A stretch of 64,000 bases of DNA from Octopus bimaculoides (Eukaryota), in the NCBI RefSeq assembly GCF_001194135.2, contig NC_068988.1, positions 94,469,057 through 94,533,056 of the forward strand. The letters run 5' to 3'. Both the position numbers and the translations under genes were made by a program. Below the pieces are notes generated by a model. The model did no database searches and was not told where the DNA came from. It saw nothing but the letters and a program-made list of their open reading frames with translations. Positions 1-12,270 of the stretch are shown in pieces (positions within the stretch are counted from its first letter, which is position 1; the number at the start of each line of letters is the position of its first letter).

Positions 1-216
1 TGCAGTCTCTAAAGTTTAATTTTTCTCTGTATTTAACTCAAAGCAACCTGTTTTATATATCTTCTATAATTATTATTACGTTTTAATTTCCTTTAAAGAG
101 ACAGCCTATAGTTGTTACTCTTTAATGTGAATAATCTGCCTTGAGACAAAAAGACCCGATATCAGGTTTGTAATGTTTGAATACGAGCTCTCAAGAATGA
201 ATTTTAACTTCGTCAT

Positions 217-435
217 ATTGGTTTCAAATTTTGGCACGAGGCTAGCATTTCAGTAGAGGAGATAAGTTAATTACATCGACCCCAATACTCAAATAGTACA
301 TATTTTGTTGACACCGAAAGGATCACAAAGGCAAAGTCAACCATGGCGGAATTTGAAATCAGAATGTATAAAGACGGACGAAATGCTGCTATGCATTTTG
401 CCCGGCATGCTAACGATTCTGCCAGCTCGCCACCT
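217..435 (-). mobile_element. tRNA-derived SINE, family A, diverged full copy
   Basis: Reverse complement gives head GGCGAGCTGGCAGAATCGTTAGCATGCCGGGC (A-box-like), degenerate B-box GATTTCAAATTCCGCC, core and tail ...GTGCCAAAATTTGAAACCAAT; aligns by eye to 24715-24949 and 58015-58234. Confidence 0.85.
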
Positions 436-886
436 TTTTAACTTTATTATATTCAAACAACAATATAAACACTTTGATATGTTTATGAAATCGGTTTGTA
501 GAAGCCAGTTTAGTCTTTACATCACATTGTGTCGCACAATCAAAAACTGAAGGCTATGAGAGACTAAGACATCTTTAAGCATAAAATATCACTAATTTGA
601 AGCTCAAAATCAAACGTTTGTATGTAGCTCCATACACGCACACGTATACTGGCAGACGTATACATGCACATATATACACATATATATATATACATTATTT
701 AAATGTATGTACGCGCGTTTATAGACACACACCCTCATTTCGCCCGGCGCTCAGAAATTTGTTACATTCCACTCTACTCTGAATACTAACCTCTATGCAA
801 AAACAACCTAAGAATGCTTCATAGCATTCTTATGAAAGGTTGAACCTTTCCTAAGGTTCATATAACATTCTTATGAAAGGATCTGA

Positions 887-1100
887 TGGCAGAATCGTTA
901 GTATGCCGGACAAAACGCTTAGTGACATTTCGTCCGTCTTTACGCTCCGATTCTAAATTCTGTGAACGTGAACTTTGCAACTTAATCTTTCATTCATTCG
1001 GGGCCGATATAATAATACCAGTTGTACACTGAGGTTGATGTAATCGATTTAAGCCCTCTTCCGAAATTGCTGGCCTTGTGCCAAAATTTGAATCCAATAT
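887..1100 (+). mobile_element. SINE family A, diverged copy
   Basis: TGGCAGAATCGTTAGTATGCCGGACAAAACGCTTAG head; ATACCAGTTGTACACTGAGG core; GGCCTTGTGCCAAAATTTGAATCCAAT tail. Confidence 0.8.
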
Positions 1101-1255
1101 TTCTATTGAAGCTGTTCTAACAATTCACTTTAATCTCTTAGTCTCCTACGTACAACAATATATGTAAAGGGGAATTCTTAAAAATCAACAATAAAGCCAA
1201 CGTTTCAGGAAGCATTAATAATGGAGAACTGGAAAATCGGGCGCGCGAGCGCAAT

Positions 1256-1304
1256 ACAAACAAACAAACAAACAAACAAGCAAACAAACAAACAAACAAA
1301 CAAA
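1256..1304. repeat. (AAAC)n microsatellite
   Basis: Directly visible tetranucleotide run. Confidence 0.95.
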
Positions 1305-2606
1305 GCCTATACACGCATACTTGTCAAGTAAATATCTTCTGCCTCTTGCTATGAAGATAGGTTACTGTGTTCCGTGTAAACTTTCTCGGAAGTCACTTTT
1401 TCGGCCCTTGTCTTGACAATCGGCCAACTGAAAAACTGCCAAAATCCCATTTGATTGTTTGATGTCAGTTTTATTATAAAAGTGATTAGCATTGCTCTAA
1501 TGTCATAAGCTCACGCGCCAGCATTGAACTAATATTGAATAATAAATAAATGTAAAATAAGAATTAATAAAATAAAGAAACAAAAACAAGAGATTTACGA
1601 GAGGAACAAAAGACACAACAGTCTTTTAATCTATTTAATACTTACACAATTTAGATATTTACTTGTAATTCAACACTAGATTTCAAGTTCTATTTCCTTA
1701 TTCTCCCGTGGAATATCTCACAGGTTGTTTAGAATCAATAAAATGGTGATAATGATAGAATAGTTGTGTTGTTAGAAGAGAATTTTAAAATCAGAGAACG
1801 TATGTCAAAGTACTGAACAAAAATAAGAAGGGAGAAATATTCGTCAGCTTTGATGTTTCCATGACCAAATACCAACTGCTGCGTTCTTACGTTTCTACCA
1901 AATTCGTCAAAAGAAGGAAATCAATAACCAGAGAAAGAAGAATTCAGATCCTTTCCTTCTCCAGTCGAATAATTTAACATAAAATTCTTTATGCCACACT
2001 TTATTATTTATCTAAATTCATGCTTACATTTGACCACTTGGAGTATTCACAACTTCCCATTTTATCCTTTTAATTATGCAAATTACTAGTGGAAAATATT
2101 CCTTGTAACTCTTTCTACGTGTAAATCATTGGGTGATCCATAGGTTTACGTTGACAAACTTTGTTCTACTGATAATGTCCAATAAAACTGGAACACATCG
2201 AAAGCTGTTTCCTTACTAGCAAAGAAAGATCAGGTTTCCCTTCGTACAACTTTTTACGCAACTGTGCAATGGCGACAACCAGTCAATAGTTACTATCGTA
2301 CCAACACGGTTGATGCTCTGAACACATAAGTATACAGAACCACAACTATATTTATAATTAAGACTAAGAGTAGGGGCAATGGCTGATGTACCTATCGGGA
2401 TGAACCACCACCTCCTCCGTGAAAAATTATCAGTAAATTAAATCTAGACATGAAATGAAGAGGAAGTGTTTAATATTGATGATACTACGTTTCATGAAAG
2501 GGAAACGAATTAATTCTGATATCTATGGTCATAAAATATTGAATAGGATGACAACGTGCAGGTGGGAGAAGGAGCTGTGTTTCATCTTTGGCACGTAAGA
2601 TAACAA

Positions 2607-2647
2607 CATCGGACATGTTTGGGTCTAATTAGACCTCATCAGCGAAG
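2607..2647 (-). ncRNA. Minimal type-I hammerhead ribozyme motif, probably inactive (G12 mutated to C)
   Basis: Minus strand: cttcg CTGATGA GGTC-taatta-GACC cAAA CATG TC cgatg. Core CUGAUGA, perfect 4-bp stem II, palindromic CATG stem III/loop, GUC triplet, stem I 4 of 5 pairs; CAAA replaces GAAA. Confidence 0.65.
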
Positions 2648-2871
2648 CATGGATTTCAATTAAATTTGATATTTGACATAGAAAGAAATTTTGGTAGCAT
2701 AGGAAAAGGCTAAAACTCATTGACTTCATTGCTATAAAAAGAAATCGTCATGGTTGGTGAGCCTCTCTTTAATACACTGAACACAGTTCAAAATGCACAC
2801 TAAAGGCTGATATGGTTCAACGCTAGCTTTTAATATCAGCCAATCAGTATTCATATATATATATATATATA

Positions 2872-3123
2872 TCACGTGATCATGTGACCGACCAGACTAT
2901 CGGATATTGTTACACATTGCTTTGTATCGTTTTAGCCTTTGGATGACGCCACCCGGATACTTAGGTGAGCAGGCCAACATGCCCCACTGATCGGAACGGA
3001 GACGGGACCAACTTTAAATGAAGTGTTTTGCTCAAGAACACAATGCGCCGCCCTGTCTGGGAATTGAACAAGGTATAGCGACTGGGAGCGCAACAACCTA
3101 ACCACTAGGCCATGAGCTTTCGC
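2872..3123 (-). mobile_element. tRNA-derived SINE, family C
   Basis: Reverse complement: GGCCTAGTGGTTAGG (A box), GTTCAATTCCC (B box), then TTGTGTTCTTGAGCAAAACACTT core shared with 15732-16009 and 62324-62570. Confidence 0.85.
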
Positions 3124-3437
3124 ACACACTCATGTATATATATATATATATATATATATNNNNNNNNNNNNNNNNNNNNNNNNNNNNNNNNNNNNNNNNN
3201 NNNNNNNNNNNNNNNNNNNNNNNNNNNNNNNNNNNNNNNNNNNNNNNNNNNNNNNNNNNNNNNNNNNNNNNNNNNNNNNNNNNNNNNNNNNNNNNNNNNN
3301 NNNNNNNNNNNNNNNNNNNNNNNNNNNNNNNNNNNNNNNNNNNNNNNNNNNNNNNNNNNNNNNNNNNNNNNNNNNNNNNNNNNNNNNNNNNNNNNNNNNN
3401 NNNNNNNNNNNNNNNNNNNNNNNNNNNNNNNNNNNNN

Positions 3438-3472
<35 letters not shown>

Positions 3473-3473
<1 letters not shown>

Positions 3474-3542
3474 GTAACGAATGACGAAATACTGCTAAGC
3501 ATTTCGCCCTGGGTGCTAACGATTCTGCCAGCTCGCCGCCTT
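3473..3542 (-). mobile_element. SINE family A head fragment
   Basis: GAAATACTGCTAAGCATTTCGCCCTGGGTGCTAACGATTCTGCCAGCTCGCCGCC matches the family A head; body lost in or next to the gap. Confidence 0.8.
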
Positions 3543-4146
3543 ATCATATTGACTTTATAGATGTTCCGTCATTGGGTCTTTTTTCGCTGAAGTGCAATTC
3601 TGCTCGAACGACAACATGCAGGCTTACTGAATGGTTACATTTGCAGGCAAAAGAGTGAATGGATAATGTTGGTTGACTAATGCTGGATGAATAATGCATG
3701 ATGACTAATGTTCAGTGAATATTGACCTATTTTATTTTCATTTCTTTTATTTCGTTGTAAATACTTTTTTCTTCTTTCTTTGTCCAAAGAAATATGACGT
3801 TTCAATCATCGTGAAAAAACTAAATGAAATAACAAATGGATATGGTGCAGATATTTAATTATAGTATTATTAATTATTAACAACCTGAAGTTAATTAACA
3901 AACGGAATCAGGAATATAAAATTGCTTAACAAGTGCCGGGATTGAAACCAGCGTCGGAAAACAAACGGAAGACAAATAATAGAAATGACGAAATCACTAA
4001 TTATTGGACAAACAACACCAAATTGAATTTCTAGGAATCTTTCCCATTTACAGTTGTTTCAGAAGACTCCTAATTCTTGAAGAAAAGCACTCTCACTCAC
4101 TCTCTCTCCCCCTCTCTCACTCCCTCTCCCTCTGATTCTTTCGCAA

Positions 4147-4180
<34 letters not shown>

Positions 4181-4256
4181 AATACATACACATACATGCA
4201 TACACATACGTACAAACAGAAATATATGTAACTATACGTGTATGCGTATATTACCC

Positions 4257-4308
<52 letters not shown>

Positions 4309-4408
4309 AACATATATATATATATAGGAAGGTTAGCAGGCGTAATATAAACATATATATATATATATATATACACATACATGTGAATATATATGTATAC
4401 ATATGCAT

Positions 4409-4456
<48 letters not shown>

Positions 4457-5027
4457 TATTCGGGTACTTCTCTCCCATATTTTTTTTATCTTATTCTCTT
4501 TCAGCTCTTTTCTTTCGCTCCATTTTTCTCTTTTTCTTTCCTTTTATCTAGCAGTATTCTTCTTCCTCTTCTTTCTTTCATCCTTTCTCTCATTTCCTCC
4601 CTTCTTCTTCTTCTTCTTCTTCTTCTTCTTCTTCTTCCTCCACTTGCCTCGCTCCCAATTTGTTAATCTCTTACATTCTCTGCTTATCTCTAGTTTAAAA
4701 CTTTTTGAATCTTTTCTCCTCACCGTTCGCNNNNNNNNNNNNNNNNNNNNNNNNNNNNNNNNNNNNNNNNNNNNNNNNNNNNNNNNNNNNNNNNNNNNNN
4801 NNNNNNNNNNNNNNNNNNNNNNNNNNNNNNNNNNNNNNNNNNNNNNNNNNNNNNNNNNNNNNNNNNNNNNNNNNNNNNNNNNNNNNNNNNNNNNNNNNNN
4901 NNNNNNNNNNNNNNNNNNNNNNNNNNNNNNNNNNNNNNNNNNNNNNNNNNNNNNNNNNNNNNNNNNNNNNNNNNNNNNNNNTAAATATATACATGTGTAT
5001 GTGTGTGCGTGTGTATGTTTGCGTGAA

Positions 5028-5062
<35 letters not shown>

Positions 5063-6542
5063 GCCAGTATATATGATCATCTCTACACGTTTCTGTTCTT
5101 CCAAATTTGCATAAAATTTTCTCTCATTCTTCTTCTTTCTCTCCTGACTTTTCCCTCCCTCTCTAACTCCCTCTTCCACTCTCTCTTCCTCACTCCCTCT
5201 CTCTCTTCCCCGCTTTATTACTCACTGCATTATCTCGCCTTCAAAATGCCTAATTTCCCCCCCCCCCACCTATACACATTAATATCCGCCTACAACATTT
5301 TTAACGTCCACTGCGTTATTTCTCTCATACAAACATATATATCCTAATATATGGACATATGTATGCCTTTGAACTCCATATATGGATTTATGCATATATG
5401 TATATGCTGTTTTTTTTCTTTTTAATTAATAGTCTTCATAATGCGAAGAAAAGCCAGCTTCCAACAAAATATTTGGATTATAAGAATGTTAAATTCTATA
5501 CGTTAAACTTCAGAAAAGTTTGAATATTTTTACTTTTCCGTTAACAGAAGATATTTCTAAAATGTATGTAACTTGGTCGTCCTTGCCTGAAAATCCCCAA
5601 TTTTTCACATATTTAATAGCGCGAAATGAAAATGTATGGTTAGCCTTTAATGTAGTAGGTTAAGAGCAAGTCACCCAGTTATTCCGTACCAGAAAGTAAG
5701 AACATTGAAGTGCATTCAACACTAAATGATTCGCCTTTGAAACTAAGTGGCATTATGTCGTCATCCCTAATGCAATTTAGCATAACTTTACACTCTTCTA
5801 CTTGCACTCACATGAACGCATGCACATACATATATACATTCGCACAAAGTGTGTTTATATGGATTGGTGTTCTCACTACTGGGATATCACATTAACTTAA
5901 TGACACAATAAAAAGCAGTAATATTAAACAAGACTAGCTTTAGACAAGACACCCTGACTCTCTAATTATTGACTGACGGGGGATTATGGGCAGATGTGAA
6001 ATCAGTTGATGCCATTTGAGTATTGAAACTGTTTCTTGGTCTTCGAATCCCGAGAGACTGCATTTTTTCTATCACTAACACAGCCTCTTCAAATACAACT
6101 AATTCATGCCGCATGCGCCATTGTTAATATAATATTGTTTATATATTTATTTCACTATTGACTTTAATTATTATTTAAGCTAGTGCAAATGTTATTTTCG
6201 TCAATGCAAACACTGCTTTCCATTTTCCAACAAGTCTTCCTTGTTGTTCTACTGTTAAACAGAAAAGCTTAACGAAGAGATGTTTATTTTTGTTTGTAAT
6301 ATGATTGCTAGATTAAACAGAATATTGAAAATATTCGTTAATAAGATTTCAGAATTAAAGTGCTATAAACGGCAATTTCCAATCCTGTATTTTGAAAGAC
6401 ATAAATCCACAACTTTAGTCTTCCGAGTGAATGGTATTGTGTTATAGTAAATAATTTCTCAACAGGTTTTATTTTTAGTTGAGATTAACAGATCGAAATA
6501 TTGTGTTGTTAATATATCCGAGATCAAGAGATATTCTGGAGC

Positions 6543-6590
<48 letters not shown>

Positions 6591-6858
6591 AGACAGACAG
6601 AGACACAGAGAGAGACAGACAGACAGGGAGGGAGAGACAGAGATCACAATAAAAGTCATCTTAGAAAGTATATATGAGTCTAGAGATTTTAGAAAAGCGA
6701 AATGGATTCAAAATGGAACTGCAGCTATAGAAAACGTGGGGAGGGTATCTTTCACTAGAAACAACAGCTCAACTTATCGTCCTCATTTATTTTTTAATTT
6801 TGTTTTATATATTTTTGATTTAGTTTAAAGCGCTTTTTTCCTGTTGAGGGATGAAATG

Positions 6859-6960
6859 TATAACTATAATTTTTAAAAATATTTTTCCCGATATCATTAG
6901 CAGAAATATATAACTATAATTTTTAAAAATATTTTTCCCGATATCATTAGCAGAAATATA
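6859..6960. repeat. Perfect 50-bp tandem duplication
   Basis: 6859-6908 is identical to 6909-6958 (TATAACTATAATTTTTAAAAATATTTTTCCCGATATCATTAGCAGAAATA). Confidence 0.95.
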
Positions 6961-8070
6961 TTGGCATTTATCAGCATCAGCTGGCACACACACTTTATGT
7001 GTCTTTCGTCCAATTCTGCCTTCTAAAGTTCCAGTTTGATTGTTCTCATACATATACATCAACATTTATAATCGCTTAGAAATGTTCTATTTCTCCTTCA
7101 GCAAATTCTACCTTATAAACAGAAATGTTTACGTCAGATAGGTGAAGTGTTTAATATTGTTCAAGAAAATCTTAATGAAGTGATATATGCTCATAGTTGG
7201 CGAAGGCGAGCAAAAATACACCTAGTGGCTATTGTTAGCCAATCTCAAAGAAGAGGGGAAATGATTATTTTGAGAATTTAAATAAATTACGTAGAAAATT
7301 GAACTTTCATGCTTCCAGCGAAAATCTGATTTTTATTAACCGACTTTTATAAGTACAAAAAGACTTACCATGATTTTGGACAGTTGAATTTGCATAATTA
7401 AAAAAGTGAAGTAACGTTAATAATTCAAGTGGGCCAATAGCATGAATTTGGATAATTCAAGTGGTGTATTAATGAATTGGAAATTTGCCTTTTAGTTGGT
7501 GAAAGAAAACAACAAATATATAAAGACGATATTATCCATACTCAAAGCAACTTTGTTTCAAGACATTATAAATTATTTTCTCAATAACTGAATTTTGATC
7601 AAAACTTAGGTAGATATATGATGTTTTTCAGTCAGAAATCTGACAGGTACGGACATGTTTCGATTTTATTAAAGCCTCACCAGCAAAATATTTACTGAAA
7701 CCAGTTTTGATCATTGCAGAGAAACTTTACAAAGAAAAGCATATTTTTCGGAGGATTTTGACTGTATAATTGTATAATTTAGAAACGAATTTGAAATAAG
7801 GGAAATAACTTAAGTTTGCTGTTGTCGAATCATTAGAGAATTTAGTAAGTGGGATTTATTTCAAATTATCTCCTCGTTCTCCGTCCAGAGACATTAACCA
7901 TTGCCAGTTTTCCCCTCCCCACGTTACCAGCAAATTCCAGTTACTAAAGAAATGTTTCTAATGAATTTGAATACATTATATCACAACCTTCATGAATTTT
8001 CTATTAAATGTCATTGGTCCCTTTGAGCTATTTCCCAGCTCCCTTTATATATTTATGACGGCATTGCTTC

Positions 8071-8196
8071 CCATCGACATGGCTCCAGGTTGAGTCCCTC
8101 TGCTTGGTATCTTGGACAAGTGTCTTCTCCTAGAGCCTCGGGCCGACCAAAGACTTCTGAGTGGATTCGGTAGATTGAAACTGAAACCACGTGTTG

Positions 8197-8197
<1 letters not shown>
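8071..8197 (+). mobile_element. SINE family B, partial
   Basis: TTGGACAAGTGTCTTCTCCTAGAGCCTCGGGCCGACCAAAGAC...GTGGATTCGGTAGA matches 10345-10510. Confidence 0.8.
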
Positions 8198-8263
<66 letters not shown>

Positions 8264-8565
8264 NNNNNNNNNNNNNNNNNNNNNNNNNNNNNNNNNNNNN
8301 NNNNNNNNNNNNNNNNNNNNNNNNNNNNNNNNNNNNNNNNNNNNNNNNNNNNNNNNNNNNNNNNNNNNNNNNNNNNNNNNNNNNNNNNNNNNNNNNNNNN
8401 NNNNNNNNNNNNNNNNNNNNNNNNNNNNNNNNNNNNNNNNNNNNNNNNNNNNNNNNNNNNNNNNNNNNNNNNNNNNNNNNNNNNNNNNNNNNNNNNNNNN
8501 NNNNNNNNNNNNNNNNNNNNNNNNNNNNNNNNNNNNNNNNNNNNNNNNNNNNNNNNNNNNNNNNN

Positions 8566-8618
<53 letters not shown>

Positions 8619-10130
8619 ATGTATGTATGTATCTATGTATCTATGAATCTATGTATGTATAATGTATGTATTAAATGGGGTATTGCATATACGCATAGTA
8701 ATAGATATTTGCATGTGAATTATATATAGCTACACGTAAATGTATACTTGTGTGTATATATACGTAAACGTATAGTACGTACCTATGCATATATATGTGT
8801 GTGAGATTTAAGTTCTTCGCATGAATGAAACTTGTCTCTAAGAAAGATGGAAATCTTTTTCTTTTTGTATGAAAGTCACGGTAATTGCAAGTGTTTGTAA
8901 GATACGCATACATGTAGGTCTGTGAGTGGATATACATCCACGTATAAAAAAGGGTGTACATGTCTCTTTAGTACACGAAATGCCACTAAGCATGTTGGTC
9001 GGCATTTGCCAGCTTGTCTTTTCTACTTAGAGGTAGGTTGTCTGCAAAATTCACGGTAGAAAACCTTCGGAACAGACGGACAAAACAAGGCGTCGCTTAT
9101 AGGATACGAAACAGAAGCTCCTTAGTCTTCCACCTTTCTTCCTGATGACAGAAAACGAGGTAAAGAAGCACATTTCTAAAATTTGTTTCTTGATATTAAA
9201 GTTCCAACAACATCCCCGCCACACACACACACACACACACCTGGCTCTTATTCTCGCTTTTATTTCACTTTAACAACATTCACCTCCTATTCACCCCCAA
9301 TTATCATTATCTTTGTTCATTTCCATAAAACTTTCTTTTCTACTTCTTTTTCTTTTTTACTTTATTTTATAATTGTGTTTAATCTTCACCTTCGTGTTTG
9401 CCTTTCCTCCCTTTTGCTCTTTGGTTTCCTTTCACCTCTCTTTGCTCTCGAATGCTCTCAAGCTTTCAACCACTTCTTCACATCTCCTCCAACTTTCAGG
9501 GCTAATAACCAGTCAAGTATTCACACTAGTATCAAGGCGCTTCTATTAACAACATGTGTTTAATGCTCCATTTAATCATATCAGTTTAACTGGATAGTGG
9601 AAAACACCATCATAAAAGCGTGATTACAGTATTGGAAGCCATGTTGTATTGATGCGGTTTAAAGAGATTCCGGCTTCTGTTTGGTGAGAGAACATCTTAA
9701 GATATTGGAAAACTATTTTTTCTTCTCTGTGGATAAAGAGAGCTTCTAAGCTTCATAGCGGTTTTCAGATTTCCCTTTCAAAAATATCAGAAAACCGCGA
9801 ACAAAATGAATTTTCATCAATATGAATTTTTGAAAAAAATCTTTAATTAGATAATTAGTTTATCGCAATCATGATTTTATTTATTTATTTATTTATTTTT
9901 GAATTTTTTCTCTCTTTTGGTTAAATTGATTAAAATATATAATATAATGATTGATTAACTTATATAAGCAAATGGAGACATGGGTGAAGATGCACATCCG
10001 CCTAAAATAGCCATCGAGACTACTACCAAGAGATGGTTTCAGGAGAAAATATTTATCAGAAATACTGTAGCCATTAACACTGATTCGAAACGACAGATTT
10101 GATACGTAGTAATGTAGAGATGGAGAGAAC

Positions 10131-10161
<31 letters not shown>

Positions 10162-10344
10162 GGATAGAGAGAGAGAGAGAGAGAGAGAGAGGGATAGAGA
10201 GAGAGAGAGAGAGAGGGATAGAGACAGACAGAAATGTACACACACACGCAGACAGACGGAAAAAGACAAAGCGGTAGAGAGAGAAGAGACGGACAGTGAG
10301 TAGAGGATAAGGTTTCATTGCCGTTCGTCAGCATATTCGATATA

Positions 10345-10560
10345 GGCGCAGGAGTGGCTGTGTGGTCAGTGGCTTGCTTACCAACCACATGGTTCCGGGT
10401 TCAGTCTCACTGCATGGCACCTTAGGCAAGCGTCTTCTACTATAGCCTCGGGTCGACCAAAGCCTTGTGTGTGGATTTGGTAGACGGGAAGTTAAAGAAG
10501 CCCGTCGTATNNNNNNNNNNGTGTGTGGATTTGGTAGACGGGAAGTTAAAGAAGCCCGTC

Positions 10561-10596
<36 letters not shown>

Positions 10597-10775
10597 ACCC
10601 AACGTCGCTTGTCAACCGATGGTGGTGTGCTTACGTCCCCGTAACTTAGCGGTTCGGCAACGAGACCGATAGAATAAGTACTAGGCTTACAAAGAATAAG
10701 TCCTGCGGTCCATTTGTTCGACTAAAGGCGGTGCTCCTGCATGGCCGCAGTCAAATGACTGAAACAAGTAAATGA
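10345..10775 (+). mobile_element. tRNA-derived SINE, family B, near full length with internal (GT)n
   Basis: GGCGCAGGAGTGGCTGTGTGGTCAG head, GGTTCAGTCTC B-box-like, internal (GT)n, tail CAGCATGGCCGCAGTCAAATGACTGAAACAAG-like; same modules at 17412, 31566, 51238. Confidence 0.9.
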
Positions 10776-11750
10776 AAATACATTGAAATAAGTTTAATGT
10801 CCCCAACACTTTAATGATAGAAATTTTGTAATTTGCATTCCTGAAAACACAACTGTTTCGTGCATACCAAAGGGATAAACTGATTTTCATGTTCACATTT
10901 ATGTGAAGATGTGTTTCTGCGGAATTTTGTTTCAAGTAATACAATTTCAGCCTCATTTAATATTAAATAACATCAAATTTGAGTAATTTGATGATGTTTA
11001 TGTCTCAATAAAGTTTTGTTGTGAAGCGAATATATATTAACAGTTTTCGTCTGAATCGGTTTTATGCATATTTCACAAACATTGACCTCCATGCAGGCAG
11101 AGATGTTTTACCTAATTGCCAGTAGGTTTTACTAAGAACTGGATTAAATGGTAAGAAACTATAATATATTACCTGCGGGTTAAATTTTCACTTCTTTAGT
11201 CTTCATCTTCACACTAACCTCCTCAGAAACAATTTAATTTCTTGAAACGGAAATTAGAGCATTCAACCGTAGGATAACAGAGTCTATCAAACAAAAGACG
11301 TTTCCTTCCGTTTAATAACTGCATCTATCTGATGGTAATTTCTTGTAACCGGAAGTCTATCTATCACATTCAGATAAGACATTGTTTGTAAAATTGTCCT
11401 AACACCACAACGAAATTGTTTTATTCCGATAACAGAGTTAATGATATAAACCAGATGACTTCTTACACATACATATAAATATGTATATGCATGTGTGTAT
11501 GTATGTGTATATGTATATGTGTGCGTGTGAGTGGTTATATGTACACACGAGTTTTTATATACATATGTGTCATATATTTATAGATACATGTCACACACCT
11601 ATATGTATACACACATATATATACACACATACATTGTATGCATGTATGTATTTATGCATGGAAGGATGTATGATCGTATGTATGCATAAATATATAATAA
11701 GCCTAACTAAATCAAATCTTAATTTGTACAACTGTTGAGCAAATGTAAAC

Positions 11751-11822
11751 TAAAGTACTCAATAAAGTACTCAATAAAGTACTCAATAAAGTACTCAATA
11801 AAGTACTCAATAAAGTACTCAA
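11751..11822. repeat. 12-bp minisatellite (TAAAGTACTCAA)x6
   Basis: Six perfect units; junctions create five AATAAA hexamers. Confidence 0.95.
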
Positions 11823-11906
11823 TGAAATTTCAGATATGTATCTATATGTACATGTAGATGAAGGTATGTACATACATGTACATATATATGCATATACTCA
11901 TATATT

Positions 11907-11942
<36 letters not shown>

Positions 11943-11986
11943 GCACACACACACACGTGTGTGTGTGTGTGTGAGTGGGTGCGTGT

Positions 11987-12025
11987 GGAGGCGCAATGGC
12001 CCAGTGGTTAGGGCAGCGGACTCGC
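11987..12025 (+). mobile_element. SINE family C head fragment
   Basis: GGAGGCGCAATGGCCCAGTGGTTAGGGCAGCGGACTCGC: tRNA-like 5' half with A box, truncated before the B box. Confidence 0.7.
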
Positions 12026-12222
12026 TGCCATGAGATTTTTCTTAATCATTGCACGGTGATCGCTACATGCTTTAGACTTATATAGATATTATTATCATTT
12101 ACAGGATATATATATATATCCGCAATATCCTTACGTATCTCATGTCTGTTTTCATTCCTTCACTTCATTCTGTATTTCATATCTTCTCTATTATACTTAT
12201 TACTTAAACATTTTCTCGCACC

Positions 12223-12270
12223 GTCTCTGATGAAGGAATATATAAAATATTTCGGAAACAGCCGTAAGAC
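12223..12270 (+). ncRNA. Minimal type-I hammerhead ribozyme motif (Penelope-associated type)
   Basis: gtct CTGATGA a GGAATAT-ataaa-ATATTTC g GAAA C agcc G TA agac. Stem I gtct/agac, core CUGAUGA (12227-33) and GAAA (12255-58), 7-bp stem II, minimal stem III, GUA triplet with predicted cut after 12266. Confidence 0.8.

Noticed and set aside
2068-7403. Identical 17-mer TTTTAATTATGCAAATT (contains the octamer) at 2068-2084 (+) and 7387-7403 (-)
   Set aside because: An almost all-AT 17-mer match is plausible by chance in a window this AT-rich; no flanking similarity.
9138-9170. CTGATGA...GAAA resembling a hammerhead
   Set aside because: No stem II between the motifs and no stem I or III pairing.
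10467-10564. 44-bp direct repeat inside a family B SINE
   Set aside because: Identical copies sit on either side of a 10-N spacer: unmerged contig overlap.
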